A stretch of 32,000 nt of DNA, from NCBI RefSeq assembly GCF_001457615.1, contig NZ_LN831024.1:6150001-6182000 (forward strand), given 5' to 3'. Below the pieces are notes generated by a model. The model saw only the letters and a program-made list of their open reading frames with translations, searched no databases and was not told the origin of the DNA. Positions 1-7,876 of the stretch are shown piece after piece. The DNA is from Pseudomonas aeruginosa (lineage in GTDB: Bacteria; Pseudomonadota; Gammaproteobacteria; Pseudomonadales; Pseudomonadaceae). Position 1 is the first letter of the stretch; each line of letters begins with the position of its first letter. A program made the translations under genes and the position numbers.

Positions 1-807
1 GCCCGCGTACTGGAGTGGCTGGAGCTGTACCACCAGACCGAATGGCCGGAGCTGAAGGTGTACTTCACCTCGGTCACCGACCACTACGCGACCCTCACCC
101 TGTCCGGCCCGAACAGCCGCAAGCTGCTCGCCGAAGTCACCGACATCGACCTGGACAAGGATGCCTTCCCCTTCATGACCTGGAAGGAAGGCAAGGTCGC
201 CGGGGTGCCGGCGCGGGTGTTCCGCATCTCCTTCACCGGCGAGCTGAGCTACGAGGTGAACGTCCAGGCCGACTACGCCATGGGCGTGCTCGAAGCGCTC
301 GCCGAGCACGGCGCGAAGTACGGCCTGACGCCCTACGGCACCGAGACCATGCACGTCCTGCGCGCCGAGAAGGGCTTCATCATCGTCGGCCAGGACACCG
401 ATGCCTCGGTCACCCCGGACGATCTCAACATGGGCTGGGCGGTGGGCCGCAGCAAGCCGTTCTCCTGGATCGGCTGGCGCGGCATGAACCGCGCCGACTG
501 CCTGCGCGAGGATCGCAAGCAACTGGTCGGACTCAGGCCGAGCAACCCGCAGGAGGTACTGCCCGAAGGCGCGCAACTGGTGTTCGACACCCAGCAGGCG
601 ATCCCGATGAAGATGGTCGGCCACGTCACCTCCAGCTACATGAGCGCCAGCCTCGGCCACGGCTTCGCCCTGGCGGTGGTGAAAGGCGGCCTCAAGCGCA
701 TGGGCCAGAAGGTCTACGCGCCGCTGGCGGACGGCCGCTTCATCGAGGCGGAGATCTGCTCCTCGGTGTTCTACGACCCGAAAGGGGAACGGCAGAACGT
801 GGATTGA
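1..807 (+). CDS. soxA: Sarcosine oxidase alpha subunit, C-terminal part (5' end upstream of window)
   Basis: Frame 1 is open from base 1 (ARVLEWLELYHQTEWPELKVYFTS...) to the TGA at 805-807. It has a GcvT-like folate-binding C-terminal region (RISFTGELSYEV, MHVLRAEKGF). soxG and purU follow, as in soxBDAG-purU clusters. Confidence 0.85.
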   Translation, partial: ARVLEWLELYHQTEWPELKVYFTSVTDHYATLTLSGPNSRKLLAEVTDIDLDKDAFPFMTWKEGKVAGVPARVFRISFTGELSYEVNVQADYAMGVLEALAEHGAKYGLTPYGTETMHVLRAEKGFIIVGQDTDASVTPDDLNMGWAVGRSKPFSWIGWRGMNRADCLREDRKQLVGLRPSNPQEVLPEGAQLVFDTQQAIPMKMVGHVTSSYMSASLGHGFALAVVKGGLKRMGQKVYAPLADGRFIEAEICSSVFYDPKGERQNVD

Positions 808-808
808 C

Positions 809-858
809 CGGAGAGGGGCTCGCCCCTCTCCCCGGCCCTCTCCCCGAAGGGAGAAGGC
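809..858. repeat. REP-like palindromic element (two adjacent hairpins on a GAGAGGGG/CCCCTCTC core)
   Basis: Perfect hairpin GGAGAGGGG-ctcg-CCCCTCTCC at 810-831, then an imperfect hairpin CCCTCTCCC/GGGAGAAGG at about 835-858, in the 93-nt soxA-soxG spacer. Confidence 0.6.
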
Positions 859-900
859 AGACAGGCTACCAGGGCGCGCGGCGCCCCAAGGTGAAAACGA

Positions 901-1536
901 ATGAGCAAGGCAAACGTCTACCAGCAACGCCCCGAACCCGGCGTCCACGCCGAATCGCCGCTGCACCATGCCGAGCTGCACAAGCTCGCCGGCAAGACCG
1001 CCGCGAAGGCCGGTATCGTCCTGCGCGAGAAGAAGCTGCTCGGCCACCTGGTGCTGCGCGGCGATGCCGCCGACCCGGCCTTCGCCGCCGCCGTGCACCA
1101 GGCCCTCGGCCTGGAACTGCCGGTGGCCCTGACCCTGGTCGCCAGCGGCGAGACCTCGCTGCAATGGCTGGCCCCGGACGAATGGTTGCTGATCGTCCCC
1201 GGCGGCGAGGAATACGCCGTCGAACAGCGCCTGCGCCAGGCCCTGGGCGAGGAGCTGCACTACGCGGTGGTCAACGTCAGCGGCGGGCAGACGCTGCTCG
1301 AACTGAGCGGAGCGAACGTCCGCGAACTGCTGATGAAATCCACCAGCTACGACGTGCATCCGAGCAACTTCCCGGTGGGCAAGGCGGTCGGCAGCATCTT
1401 CGCCAAGTCGCAATGCGTGATCCGCCATACCGGCGAGGACACCTGGGAGCTGGTCGTGCGCCGCAGCTTCGCCGACTACTTCTGGCTCTGGTTGCAGGAC
1501 GCCAGCGCCGAATACGGCCTGCAGGTAGCGGCATGA
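901..1536 (+). CDS. soxG: Sarcosine oxidase gamma subunit
   Basis: 211-aa ORF immediately after soxA with purine-rich AAGGTGAAAA upstream of the ATG. Size and position fit SoxG. The sequence (…LQWLAPDEWLLI…) looks SoxG-like. Confidence 0.8.
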   Translation: MSKANVYQQRPEPGVHAESPLHHAELHKLAGKTAAKAGIVLREKKLLGHLVLRGDAADPAFAAAVHQALGLELPVALTLVASGETSLQWLAPDEWLLIVPGGEEYAVEQRLRQALGEELHYAVVNVSGGQTLLELSGANVRELLMKSTSYDVHPSNFPVGKAVGSIFAKSQCVIRHTGEDTWELVVRRSFADYFWLWLQDASAEYGLQVAA

Positions 1537-1544
1537 GCAGCCTT

Positions 1545-1563
1545 CCCCTCTCCCCGAGAGGGG
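1545..1563. repeat. REP-like hairpin (CCCCTCTC-ccc-GAGAGGGG)
   Basis: Perfect 8-bp inverted repeat in the 49-nt soxG-purU spacer, followed by GATACC. It has the same core as the elements at 809-858 and 2444-2500. Confidence 0.6.
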
Positions 1564-1585
1564 ATACCGGACCCGGAGCCTCGCG

Positions 1586-2443
1586 ATGAGCCGTACCCCC
1601 GACACCTGGATCCTCACCGCCGACAGTCCCAGCCTGCTGGGCACCGTCGACGTGGTGACGCGCTACCTCTTCGAGCAGCGCTGCTACGTCACCGAGCACC
1701 ACTCGTTCGACGACCGCCTGGCGCAACGCTTCTTCATCCGCGTGGAGTTCCGCGCCGGCGACGGCTTCGACGAAGCCTCCTTCCGCGCCGGACTGGCCGA
1801 ACGGGTGGCACCGTTCGGCATGCGTACCGAGCTGACCGCGCCGGGCTACCGCAGCCAGGTGGCGATCATGGTTTCCAAGGCCGACCACTGCCTGAACGAC
1901 CTGCTCTACCGCCAGCGCATCGGCCAGTTGCCGATGGACGTGGTGGCGGTGATTTCCAATCACCCGGACCTGGAGCCGCTGGCGCGCTGGCACGGCATTC
2001 CCTACCACCACTTCCCGCTCGACCCGAACGACAAGCCGGCCCAGGAAGCCAGGGTCTGGCAGGTGCTCGAAGAGAGTGGCGCCGAGCTGGTGATCCTCGC
2101 TCGCTACATGCAGGTGCTGTCGCCGGAACTGTGCCGGCGCCTGGACGGCTGGGCGATCAACATCCATCACTCCCTGCTGCCCGGCTTCAAGGGCGCCAAG
2201 CCGTACCACCAGGCCTACCAGAAGGGCGTGAAGCTGGTCGGCGCCACCGCCCACTACATCAACAACGACCTCGACGAAGGGCCGATCATCGCCCAGGGCG
2301 TCGAGACGGTCGACCACGCCCACTACCCCGAGGACCTGATCGCCAAGGGCCGCGACATCGAGTGCCTGACCCTGGCGCGGGCGGTGGGCTACCACATCGA
2401 GCGGAGGGTATTCCTCAACGCCAATCGGACCGTGGTGCTGTAA
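1586..2443 (+). CDS. purU: Formyltetrahydrofolate deformylase
   Basis: 285-aa ORF with GGAG 7 nt upstream of the ATG. N-terminal ACT-like region plus a formyltransferase core (INIHHSLLPGFKGAKPYHQA, GATAHYINNDLDEGPII). Confidence 0.9.
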   Translation: MSRTPDTWILTADSPSLLGTVDVVTRYLFEQRCYVTEHHSFDDRLAQRFFIRVEFRAGDGFDEASFRAGLAERVAPFGMRTELTAPGYRSQVAIMVSKADHCLNDLLYRQRIGQLPMDVVAVISNHPDLEPLARWHGIPYHHFPLDPNDKPAQEARVWQVLEESGAELVILARYMQVLSPELCRRLDGWAINIHHSLLPGFKGAKPYHQAYQKGVKLVGATAHYINNDLDEGPIIAQGVETVDHAHYPEDLIAKGRDIECLTLARAVGYHIERRVFLNANRTVVL

Positions 2444-2500
2444 GCGCGCCCTCTCTTCCCAACCCTCGCTGAAGGAAGAGGGCCAGGGAGAGGGGCGCTT
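2444..2500. repeat. REP-like extended stem-loop (GCGCCCTCTC ... GAGAGGGGCGC)
   Basis: Outer stem 2446-2455 pairs with 2489-2499 (one bulge), enclosing an inner TTCC/GGAA pairing. It sits directly after the purU stop and could act as a terminator or mRNA stabiliser. Confidence 0.55.
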
Positions 2501-2649
2501 CCCACGGCCTCGCGTCCCGAGCAACACCGACAGCCCGCCGGCTGCCAGCATTCTCCGGCCCTGTCGCGCAACAGACGACTTTCCAGTGCAAAGCCGCGCG
2601 GCCGTGGACGCCGCGCATTTGTACCCACAACGACAAAGAGGAAACGCGT

Positions 2650-3849
2650 ATGTCTGGCAATCGTGGTGTGGTCTATCTCGGCCCGGGCAAGGTCGAGGTG
2701 CAGAACATTCCCTATCCGAAGATGCAGGACCCGCAGGGCCGGCAGATCGACCACGGGGTGATCCTGCGGGTGGTCTCCACCAACATCTGCGGCTCCGACC
2801 AGCACATGGTGCGCGGCCGTACCACCGCGCCGGAAGGCCTGGTGCTGGGCCACGAGATCACCGGCGAGGTGGTGGAGATCGGGCGTGGCGTGGAAACCAT
2901 GAAGATCGGCGACCTGGTCTCGGTACCGTTCAACGTCGCCTGCGGCCACTGCCGTACCTGCAAGGAACAGCACACCGGCGTCTGCCTGACGGTCAATCCG
3001 GCGCGTGCCGGCGGCGCCTACGGCTACGTCGACATGGGTGGCTGGGTCGGCGGCCAGGCCGAATACGTGCTGGTGCCCTACGCCGACTTCAACCTGCTGA
3101 AACTGCCCAACCGCGAAGCGGCGATGGAGAAGATCCGCGACCTGACCTGCCTTTCGGACATCCTCCCCACCGGCTACCACGGCGCGGTCACCGCCGGCGT
3201 CGGCCCGGGCAGCACGGTCTACATCGCCGGCGCCGGTCCGGTCGGCCTGGCCGCGGCGGCCTCGGCACGCCTGCTCGGCGCGGCGGTGGTGATCGTCGGC
3301 GACGTCAACCCGACCCGCCTGGCCCACGCCAAGAAACAGGGCTTCGAGATCGCCGACCTGTCCAAGGACACCCCGCTGCACGAACAGATCGCCGCTCTGC
3401 TGGGCGAGCCGGAGGTCGACTGCGCGGTCGATGCGGTCGGTTTCGAGGCGCGCGGCCACGGCCATTCGGGCTCGCAGCAGGAAGCCCCGGCCACCGTGCT
3501 CAACTCGCTGATGGGCATCACCCGGGTCGCCGGCAAGATCGGCATTCCCGGCCTGTACGTCACCGAAGACCCGGGCGCGGTGGACGCGGCCGCCAAGCAC
3601 GGCGCCCTGAGCATCCGCTTCGGCCTGGGCTGGGCCAAGTCGCACAGCTTCCATACCGGCCAGACCCCGGTGATGAAGTACAACCGCCAGCTGATGCAGG
3701 CGATCATGTGGGACCGGATCAAGATCGCCGACATCGTCGGGGTGGAAGTCATCACCCTCGACGATGCGCCGAAAGGCTATGGCGAGTTCGACGCCGGGGT
3801 GCCGAAGAAATTCGTCATCGACCCACACAACCTGTTCCGCGCGGCCTGA
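2650..3849 (+). CDS. fdhA: Glutathione-independent formaldehyde dehydrogenase (zinc-dependent MDR family)
   Basis: 399-aa ORF with AAGAGGA SD upstream. Zn-ADH motifs GHEITGEVVEIG, a structural-Zn Cys cluster (CGHCRTCKEQHTGVC) and a Rossmann GAGPVGL. The N-terminus MSGNRGVVYLGPGKVEVQ is typical of FdhA. Confidence 0.9.
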   Translation: MSGNRGVVYLGPGKVEVQNIPYPKMQDPQGRQIDHGVILRVVSTNICGSDQHMVRGRTTAPEGLVLGHEITGEVVEIGRGVETMKIGDLVSVPFNVACGHCRTCKEQHTGVCLTVNPARAGGAYGYVDMGGWVGGQAEYVLVPYADFNLLKLPNREAAMEKIRDLTCLSDILPTGYHGAVTAGVGPGSTVYIAGAGPVGLAAAASARLLGAAVVIVGDVNPTRLAHAKKQGFEIADLSKDTPLHEQIAALLGEPEVDCAVDAVGFEARGHGHSGSQQEAPATVLNSLMGITRVAGKIGIPGLYVTEDPGAVDAAAKHGALSIRFGLGWAKSHSFHTGQTPVMKYNRQLMQAIMWDRIKIADIVGVEVITLDDAPKGYGEFDAGVPKKFVIDPHNLFRAA

Positions 3850-3864
3850 ACCTCCGGCAACAAC

Positions 3865-3895
3865 CGACGCGGCCCACGGGCCGCGTCGTCGTTGG
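3865..3895 (+). terminator. Candidate intrinsic terminator after fdhA
   Basis: CGACGCGGCC-cacg-GGCCGCGTCG stem (3865-3888) followed by a weak T-containing tail, TCGTTGG. Confidence 0.4.
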
Positions 3896-3971
3896 CGCTA
3901 TCCGGGGGAACTGCCGGCGATAAAATGGATCGGTGATACTGCTGCCATCCATTCGCCTCCCGGAGACCGCC

Positions 3972-4889
3972 ATGAACACCGATAGCCCGATCAACCGCGT
4001 CGAACAGGTACAGGTCGACGACCTGGCCTGCTGGCGCATCCACACCGCCCATGGCGAGGCGCTGATCGCCCAGCAGGGCGCGCAACTGCTCAGCTACCAG
4101 CCCCACGAACAGCCGCCGCTGGTCTGGCTCAGCGACGAGGCCGGCTACCGGCGCGGGCAGTCGGTACGCGGCGGGGTGCCGGTGTGCTGGCCGTGGTTCG
4201 GTCCGCTGGAGCGCAACCCGCAGGAAGTCCGCGGCCAGGTGGAAGATGGCCTGAAGGCGCCCGCCCACGGGCTGGTCCGGGCGGTCGACTGGGAAATCGA
4301 CGACATCGCCGAGGAGGACGGCGACCTCTGCGTCAGCTTCCACCTCGACGCCCCCGATGGCCTCCCCGGCTGGCCGCACCCGGCGGCGCTGCGCATGCTG
4401 TTCCGCTTCGGCGAGCGCCTGACCCTGCGACTCACCAGCGAGAACCTCGGCAGCAAGCCGCTGGTGCTCAGCCAGGCGCTGCACACCTACTTCGCGGTCA
4501 GCGACAGCCGCGAGATCGCCATCGAGGGCCTGGAAGGCGCGCGCTACATCGAGACCCTGGAGAACTGGGAAGAACGCACTCAGCACGGCGCGGTACGGGT
4601 CAAGGGCGAACTGGATCGCATCTACCTCGGTCTCGAACGCGACCTGCTGATCAAGGACCCGCGCTGGGAACGCAGCATCCACCTGCACGCCCTCGACTCG
4701 CGCTCGGCGGTGGTCTGGAACCCCTGGGTGGACAAGTCCCGGCGTCTCTCGCAGTTCGCCGACGACGCCTGGCAGCAGATGCTCTGCATCGAGACCGGGC
4801 GGGTCTGGGACGACCTCATGGTGGTCGCCCCCGGGCGCAGCGAAAGCTTTGGCGTGCAGATCTGGAGCGAGCCGCTGAAACGACCCTGA
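3972..4889 (+). CDS. D-hexose-6-phosphate mutarotase / aldose 1-epimerase family (YeaD-like)
   Basis: I prefer the ATG at 3972 (GGAGA SD at 3962-3966) over the track start at 3933. It carries the YeaD-type motif RGGVPVCWPWFG and gives about 305 aa. Confidence 0.8.
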   Translation: MNTDSPINRVEQVQVDDLACWRIHTAHGEALIAQQGAQLLSYQPHEQPPLVWLSDEAGYRRGQSVRGGVPVCWPWFGPLERNPQEVRGQVEDGLKAPAHGLVRAVDWEIDDIAEEDGDLCVSFHLDAPDGLPGWPHPAALRMLFRFGERLTLRLTSENLGSKPLVLSQALHTYFAVSDSREIAIEGLEGARYIETLENWEERTQHGAVRVKGELDRIYLGLERDLLIKDPRWERSIHLHALDSRSAVVWNPWVDKSRRLSQFADDAWQQMLCIETGRVWDDLMVVAPGRSESFGVQIWSEPLKRP

Positions 4890-4954
4890 GCGGGTCGGCG
4901 AGCGGACGGCGCGGCTCGCATCGTCCGCCATGGACCGTTGCGCAGGTGCCGGCC

Positions 4955-5503
4955 CTACAGGTCCGCTTCCTCCACCACCTTCACCCGCGCCTTGTCGATG
5001 GCGTAGGCGGCATCGGCCAGGTCATTGCTCACCTGCTCGATCTTCAGCGTGCCGCTGACCCACAGCGGGGTGTAGATATCGGTCAGCTTCAGCCCCTGTG
5101 GATAACGCACCAGGACGATCTGGTTCGGCGGCGGCGGCGGCACGTGGATGCAGGCGCCCGGATAGGGCACCAGGAAGAATTCGGTGACGCGGCCCTTGGC
5201 GTCGTTCTCCAGCGGCACCGGGTAGCCGCCGAGGCGGATCGCCTTGCCATCCAGGCTGGCGACGGTCTTGGCCGAATACATCACCGCCGGCATCTTCCGG
5301 TCCGACTGCTTCAGGCCCCCCTTGCTGGTGAAGGTGCCGGCGGCCTCCGGGGTGTCGTGGACGATGTCGGGCATTTCTTCCAGCGCCTTGCGGTCGGCCG
5401 GCGGCATCAGTTCCAGCCAGTCGGTCTCGGGCAGTTCGGCGTGGACCAGGGGTGAGGACAACAGGGCGAGCAGCAACAGGCGGGCGAACGGGAAGCGGCG
5501 CAT
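4955..5503 (-). CDS. Secreted DUF3299-like protein
   Basis: 182-aa ORF with signal peptide MRRFPFARLLLLALLSSPLVHA. The remainder (…FFLVPYPGACIHVPPPPPNQIV…) matches what I recall of DUF3299 proteins. Confidence 0.65.
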   Translation of the reverse strand: MRRFPFARLLLLALLSSPLVHAELPETDWLELMPPADRKALEEMPDIVHDTPEAAGTFTSKGGLKQSDRKMPAVMYSAKTVASLDGKAIRLGGYPVPLENDAKGRVTEFFLVPYPGACIHVPPPPPNQIVLVRYPQGLKLTDIYTPLWVSGTLKIEQVSNDLADAAYAIDKARVKVVEEADL

Positions 5504-5526
5504 GATGGCGGGAATACCGGCGAAGT

Positions 5527-5556
5527 GAGGAAACGCCGGCCCCCGCGGGGGCCGGC
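5527..5556 (-). terminator. Candidate terminator after the YeaQ-like gene
   Basis: GCCGGCCCC-cgcg-GGGGCCGGC stem at 5535-5556. On the minus strand it is followed by GTTTCCTC. Confidence 0.45.
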
Positions 5557-5564
5557 CAGAGCCA

Positions 5565-5810
5565 TCAATTCTTCTTGATCAGGCCGTAAATGACCAGCAG
5601 TACGACGGCGCCGACCACCGCGCCGATGAAACCGGCCGCCTGGCCAGCCTGGTAGAAGCCGATCGCCTGGCCGCCGTAGGTGGCCAGCAGCGAACCGCCG
5701 ATGCCGAGCAGGATGGTCATGATCCAGCCCATGCTGTCGTCACCTGGCTTCAGAAAGCGTGCAACGAGACCAACGATCAGTCCGACGATGATGGTTCCGA
5801 TTAATCCCAT
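5565..5810 (-). CDS. GlsB/YeaQ/YmgE family (transglycosylase-associated) small membrane stress protein
   Basis: 81-aa Gly-rich three-TM ORF (MGLIGTIIVGLIVGLVARFL…). A strong SD (AAGGAGG) lies 6 nt upstream of the ATG. Confidence 0.8.
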   Translation of the reverse strand: MGLIGTIIVGLIVGLVARFLKPGDDSMGWIMTILLGIGGSLLATYGGQAIGFYQAGQAAGFIGAVVGAVVLLVIYGLIKKN

Positions 5811-5886
5811 GACAGTCCCTCCTTACGGGTGTATGCGCATGTATTGCGCCTGCCATGGGACAGTGTAGAAAAGCCTTGGGTTCAGT

Positions 5887-5918
5887 GCCGCCCGCCAACC
5901 CAAGGATGGGCGGGCGGC
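5887..5918 (-). terminator. GC-rich hairpin immediately downstream of purK (no U-tract)
   Basis: GCCGCCCGCC (5887-5896) pairs with GGCGGGCGGC (5909-5918) around a 12-nt loop. An alternative pairing CCTTGGGTT/AACCCAAGG overlaps it. Confidence 0.35.
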
Positions 5919-5924
5919 AATCGC

Positions 5925-7007
5925 TCACGCCTCGATCAGCGCCTCGACCTCGGCGATGCGCGCCTGCAGCGTCGCCCGGTCGACACAACGCAGGGTGGCG
6001 TGGCCGACCTTGCGGCCGTTCTTGAAGGCCTTGCCGTAGTGATGCAGGTGGCAGTCGGCGACGGCGACCACCTGAGCCACCGGGGGGACCGCGCCGATGA
6101 AATTGAGCATCGCGCTCTCGCCGACCTTGGCGGTCGAGCCCAGCGGCAGGCCGGCGACGGCGCGCAAGTGGTTCTCGAACTGGCTGCACTCGGCGCCTTC
6201 GATGGTCCAGTGCCCGGAGTTGTGCACGCGCGGGGCGATCTCGTTGGCCTTCAGGCCGCCGTCCACCTCGAAGAACTCGAAGGCCAGCACGCCGACGTAG
6301 TCGAGCCGGGCCAGCACGCGGCCGACGTAGTCCTCGGCCAGCGCCTGCAACGGATGCCCGCTGCTGGCCACGGAGAGCTTGAGGATGCCGCTGTCGTGGG
6401 TGTTGTGCACCAGCGGGTAGAAACGCGTCTCCCCATCGCGAGCGCGCACCGCCACCAGCGAGACTTCCCCGGTGAACGGCACGAAGCCCTCGAGGATGCA
6501 CGGCACGCTGCCCAGTTCGGCGAACGCGCCCTGCACGTCGGCCGGCTGGCGCAGGACCTTCTGGCCCTTGCCGTCGTAGCCCAGGGTGCGGGTCTTGAGC
6601 ACCGCCGGCAGGCCGATGGCGGCTGCGGCGGCATCGAGGTCGGCCTGGGACTGGACGTCGGCGAAGTCCGGAGTGGGAATGCCGAGGTCCTTGAACATCG
6701 ACTTCTCGAACCAGCGGTCGCGGGCGATGCGCAGCGACTCGGCGTTCGGGTAGACCGGCACGAACTGGGAGAGGAAGGCCACGGTTTCCGCCGGCACGCT
6801 CTCGAACTCGAAGGTCACCAGGTCGACCTCGTCGGCCAGTTGCCGCAGGTGCTCCTGGTCGCCGTAGTCGGCGCGGATGTGCTCGCCCAGGGAGGCCGCG
6901 CAGGCGTCCGGCGCCGGGTCGAGGAAAGCGAAGTTCATGCCCAGCGGGGTTCCCGCCAGGGCCAGCATGCGGCCCAGCTGGCCGCCACCGATGACACCGA
7001 TTTTCAT
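5925..7007 (-). CDS. purK: N5-carboxyaminoimidazole ribonucleotide synthase
   Basis: 360-aa ATP-grasp ORF (MKIGVIGGGQLGRMLA…) directly downstream of purE. Confidence 0.92.
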   Translation of the reverse strand: MKIGVIGGGQLGRMLALAGTPLGMNFAFLDPAPDACAASLGEHIRADYGDQEHLRQLADEVDLVTFEFESVPAETVAFLSQFVPVYPNAESLRIARDRWFEKSMFKDLGIPTPDFADVQSQADLDAAAAAIGLPAVLKTRTLGYDGKGQKVLRQPADVQGAFAELGSVPCILEGFVPFTGEVSLVAVRARDGETRFYPLVHNTHDSGILKLSVASSGHPLQALAEDYVGRVLARLDYVGVLAFEFFEVDGGLKANEIAPRVHNSGHWTIEGAECSQFENHLRAVAGLPLGSTAKVGESAMLNFIGAVPPVAQVVAVADCHLHHYGKAFKNGRKVGHATLRCVDRATLQARIAEVEALIEA

Positions 7008-7037
7008 GGTTCGAGCCTTACCTTCTCAGAGCCTGTC

Positions 7038-7529
7038 TCACGCATCGCGCGGGTCGGGATTGTCCAGCACGGTTTCGGTCTGGTTGGCGCGGAACTGCTT
7101 CAGCGCCTCGTGGTACTGCGGGTGCTTGGCGCCGAGGATGCTCGCCGAGAGCAGCGCCGCGTTGACCGCGCCGGCCTTGCCGATGGCCAGGGTGGCGACC
7201 GGTACGCCGGCGGGCATCTGCACGATGGAGAGCAGCGAGTCGACACCCGACAGCATCGACGACTGTACCGGCACGCCGAGTACCGGCAGGTGGGTCTTGG
7301 CCGCGCACATGCCCGGCAGGTGGGCGGCGCCGCCAGCGCCGGCGATGATCACTTCGAGGCCGCGGCCTTCGGCTTCCTCGGCGTACTGGAAGAGCAGGTC
7401 CGGGGTGCGGTGGGCGGAAACCACCTTCACTTCGTAGGGGATGCCCAGCTTGTCCAGCATGTCCGCGGTGTGACTGAGGGTGCTCCAGTCCGATTTGGAA
7501 CCCATGATCACGCCAACCAGTGCGCTCAT
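7038..7529 (-). CDS. purE: N5-carboxyaminoimidazole ribonucleotide mutase
   Basis: I prefer the start at ATG 7529 ([15 protein letters not shown]…, GAGAGG SD 7 nt upstream), giving 163 aa. The track start at 7577 would add an unconserved extension. PurE motif [10 protein letters not shown] is present. Confidence 0.92.
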   Translation of the reverse strand: MSALVGVIMGSKSDWSTLSHTADMLDKLGIPYEVKVVSAHRTPDLLFQYAEEAEGRGLEVIIAGAGGAAHLPGMCAAKTHLPVLGVPVQSSMLSGVDSLLSIVQMPAGVPVATLAIGKAGAVNAALLSASILGAKHPQYHEALKQFRANQTETVLDNPDPRDA

Positions 7530-7573
7530 CGTCGTGCCTCTCTCAAATGCGCCGTCCGGCGCGTCAGAAACCA

Positions 7574-7606
7574 ACAAGCCACGCTTCGTCGAGGGGCGTG
7601 GCTTGT
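7574..7606 (-). promoter_or_regulatory. purE leader hairpin with U-rich tail (attenuator-like)
   Basis: Perfect 11-bp stem ACAAGCCACGC/GCGTGGCTTGT with an 11-nt loop. On the minus strand it is followed by TGGTTTCT, about 45 nt upstream of the purE ATG. A TATACT -10-like hexamer lies upstream at 7649-7654 (minus strand). Confidence 0.4.
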
Positions 7607-7724
7607 ACTGGGCCGAGCCGGCGGGCAGTGCCGGTTCGAAGGCGGCGCAGTATACCGCAAAGGCAGGCCGGGCGCGCGCCGGGGGCTACCGTCCGTCCCG
7701 TTTTTTCGCGCCATGGCGGGAAAC

Positions 7725-7738
7725 TTGCCGCAACTCAA
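7725..7738. promoter_or_regulatory. Weak Anr/FNR-like box upstream of adhA
   Basis: TTGCC-GCAA-CTCAA matches the TTGAT-N4-ATCAA consensus at 7 of 10 positions, about 140 nt upstream of the adhA ATG. Confidence 0.3.
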
Positions 7739-7813
7739 TGCGCGCCTGCCACGAGCGGCCAGACTGGTTGTCGCGGCGCGCTCCGAGGGAGCGGCGGCCG
7801 CGCCGGTTCCGCA

Positions 7814-7850
7814 GCCTGTCGCGGTGCCCGTCAAAGGCGCCGCGACAGGC
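7814..7850 (+). promoter_or_regulatory. Long inverted repeat just upstream of adhA (operator or 5'-UTR stem-loop)
   Basis: GCCTGTCGCGG (7814-7824) pairs with CCGCGACAGGC (7840-7850). Inner GCC/GGC pairs extend it to about 15 bp around the loop CGTCAAA. It ends 15 nt before the SD AAGGAG (7865-7870). Confidence 0.5.
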
Positions 7851-7876
7851 GCTCAGCCCCGTCCAAGGAGATGACC

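Noticed and set aside
7530-7660. Known purine, ZTP (pfl) or PRPP riboswitch upstream of purE.
   Set aside because: I could not find the conserved core sequences of these classes by eye, so only a generic terminator-like hairpin is supported. I kept it as a finding about an attenuator-like leader, not as a riboswitch call.
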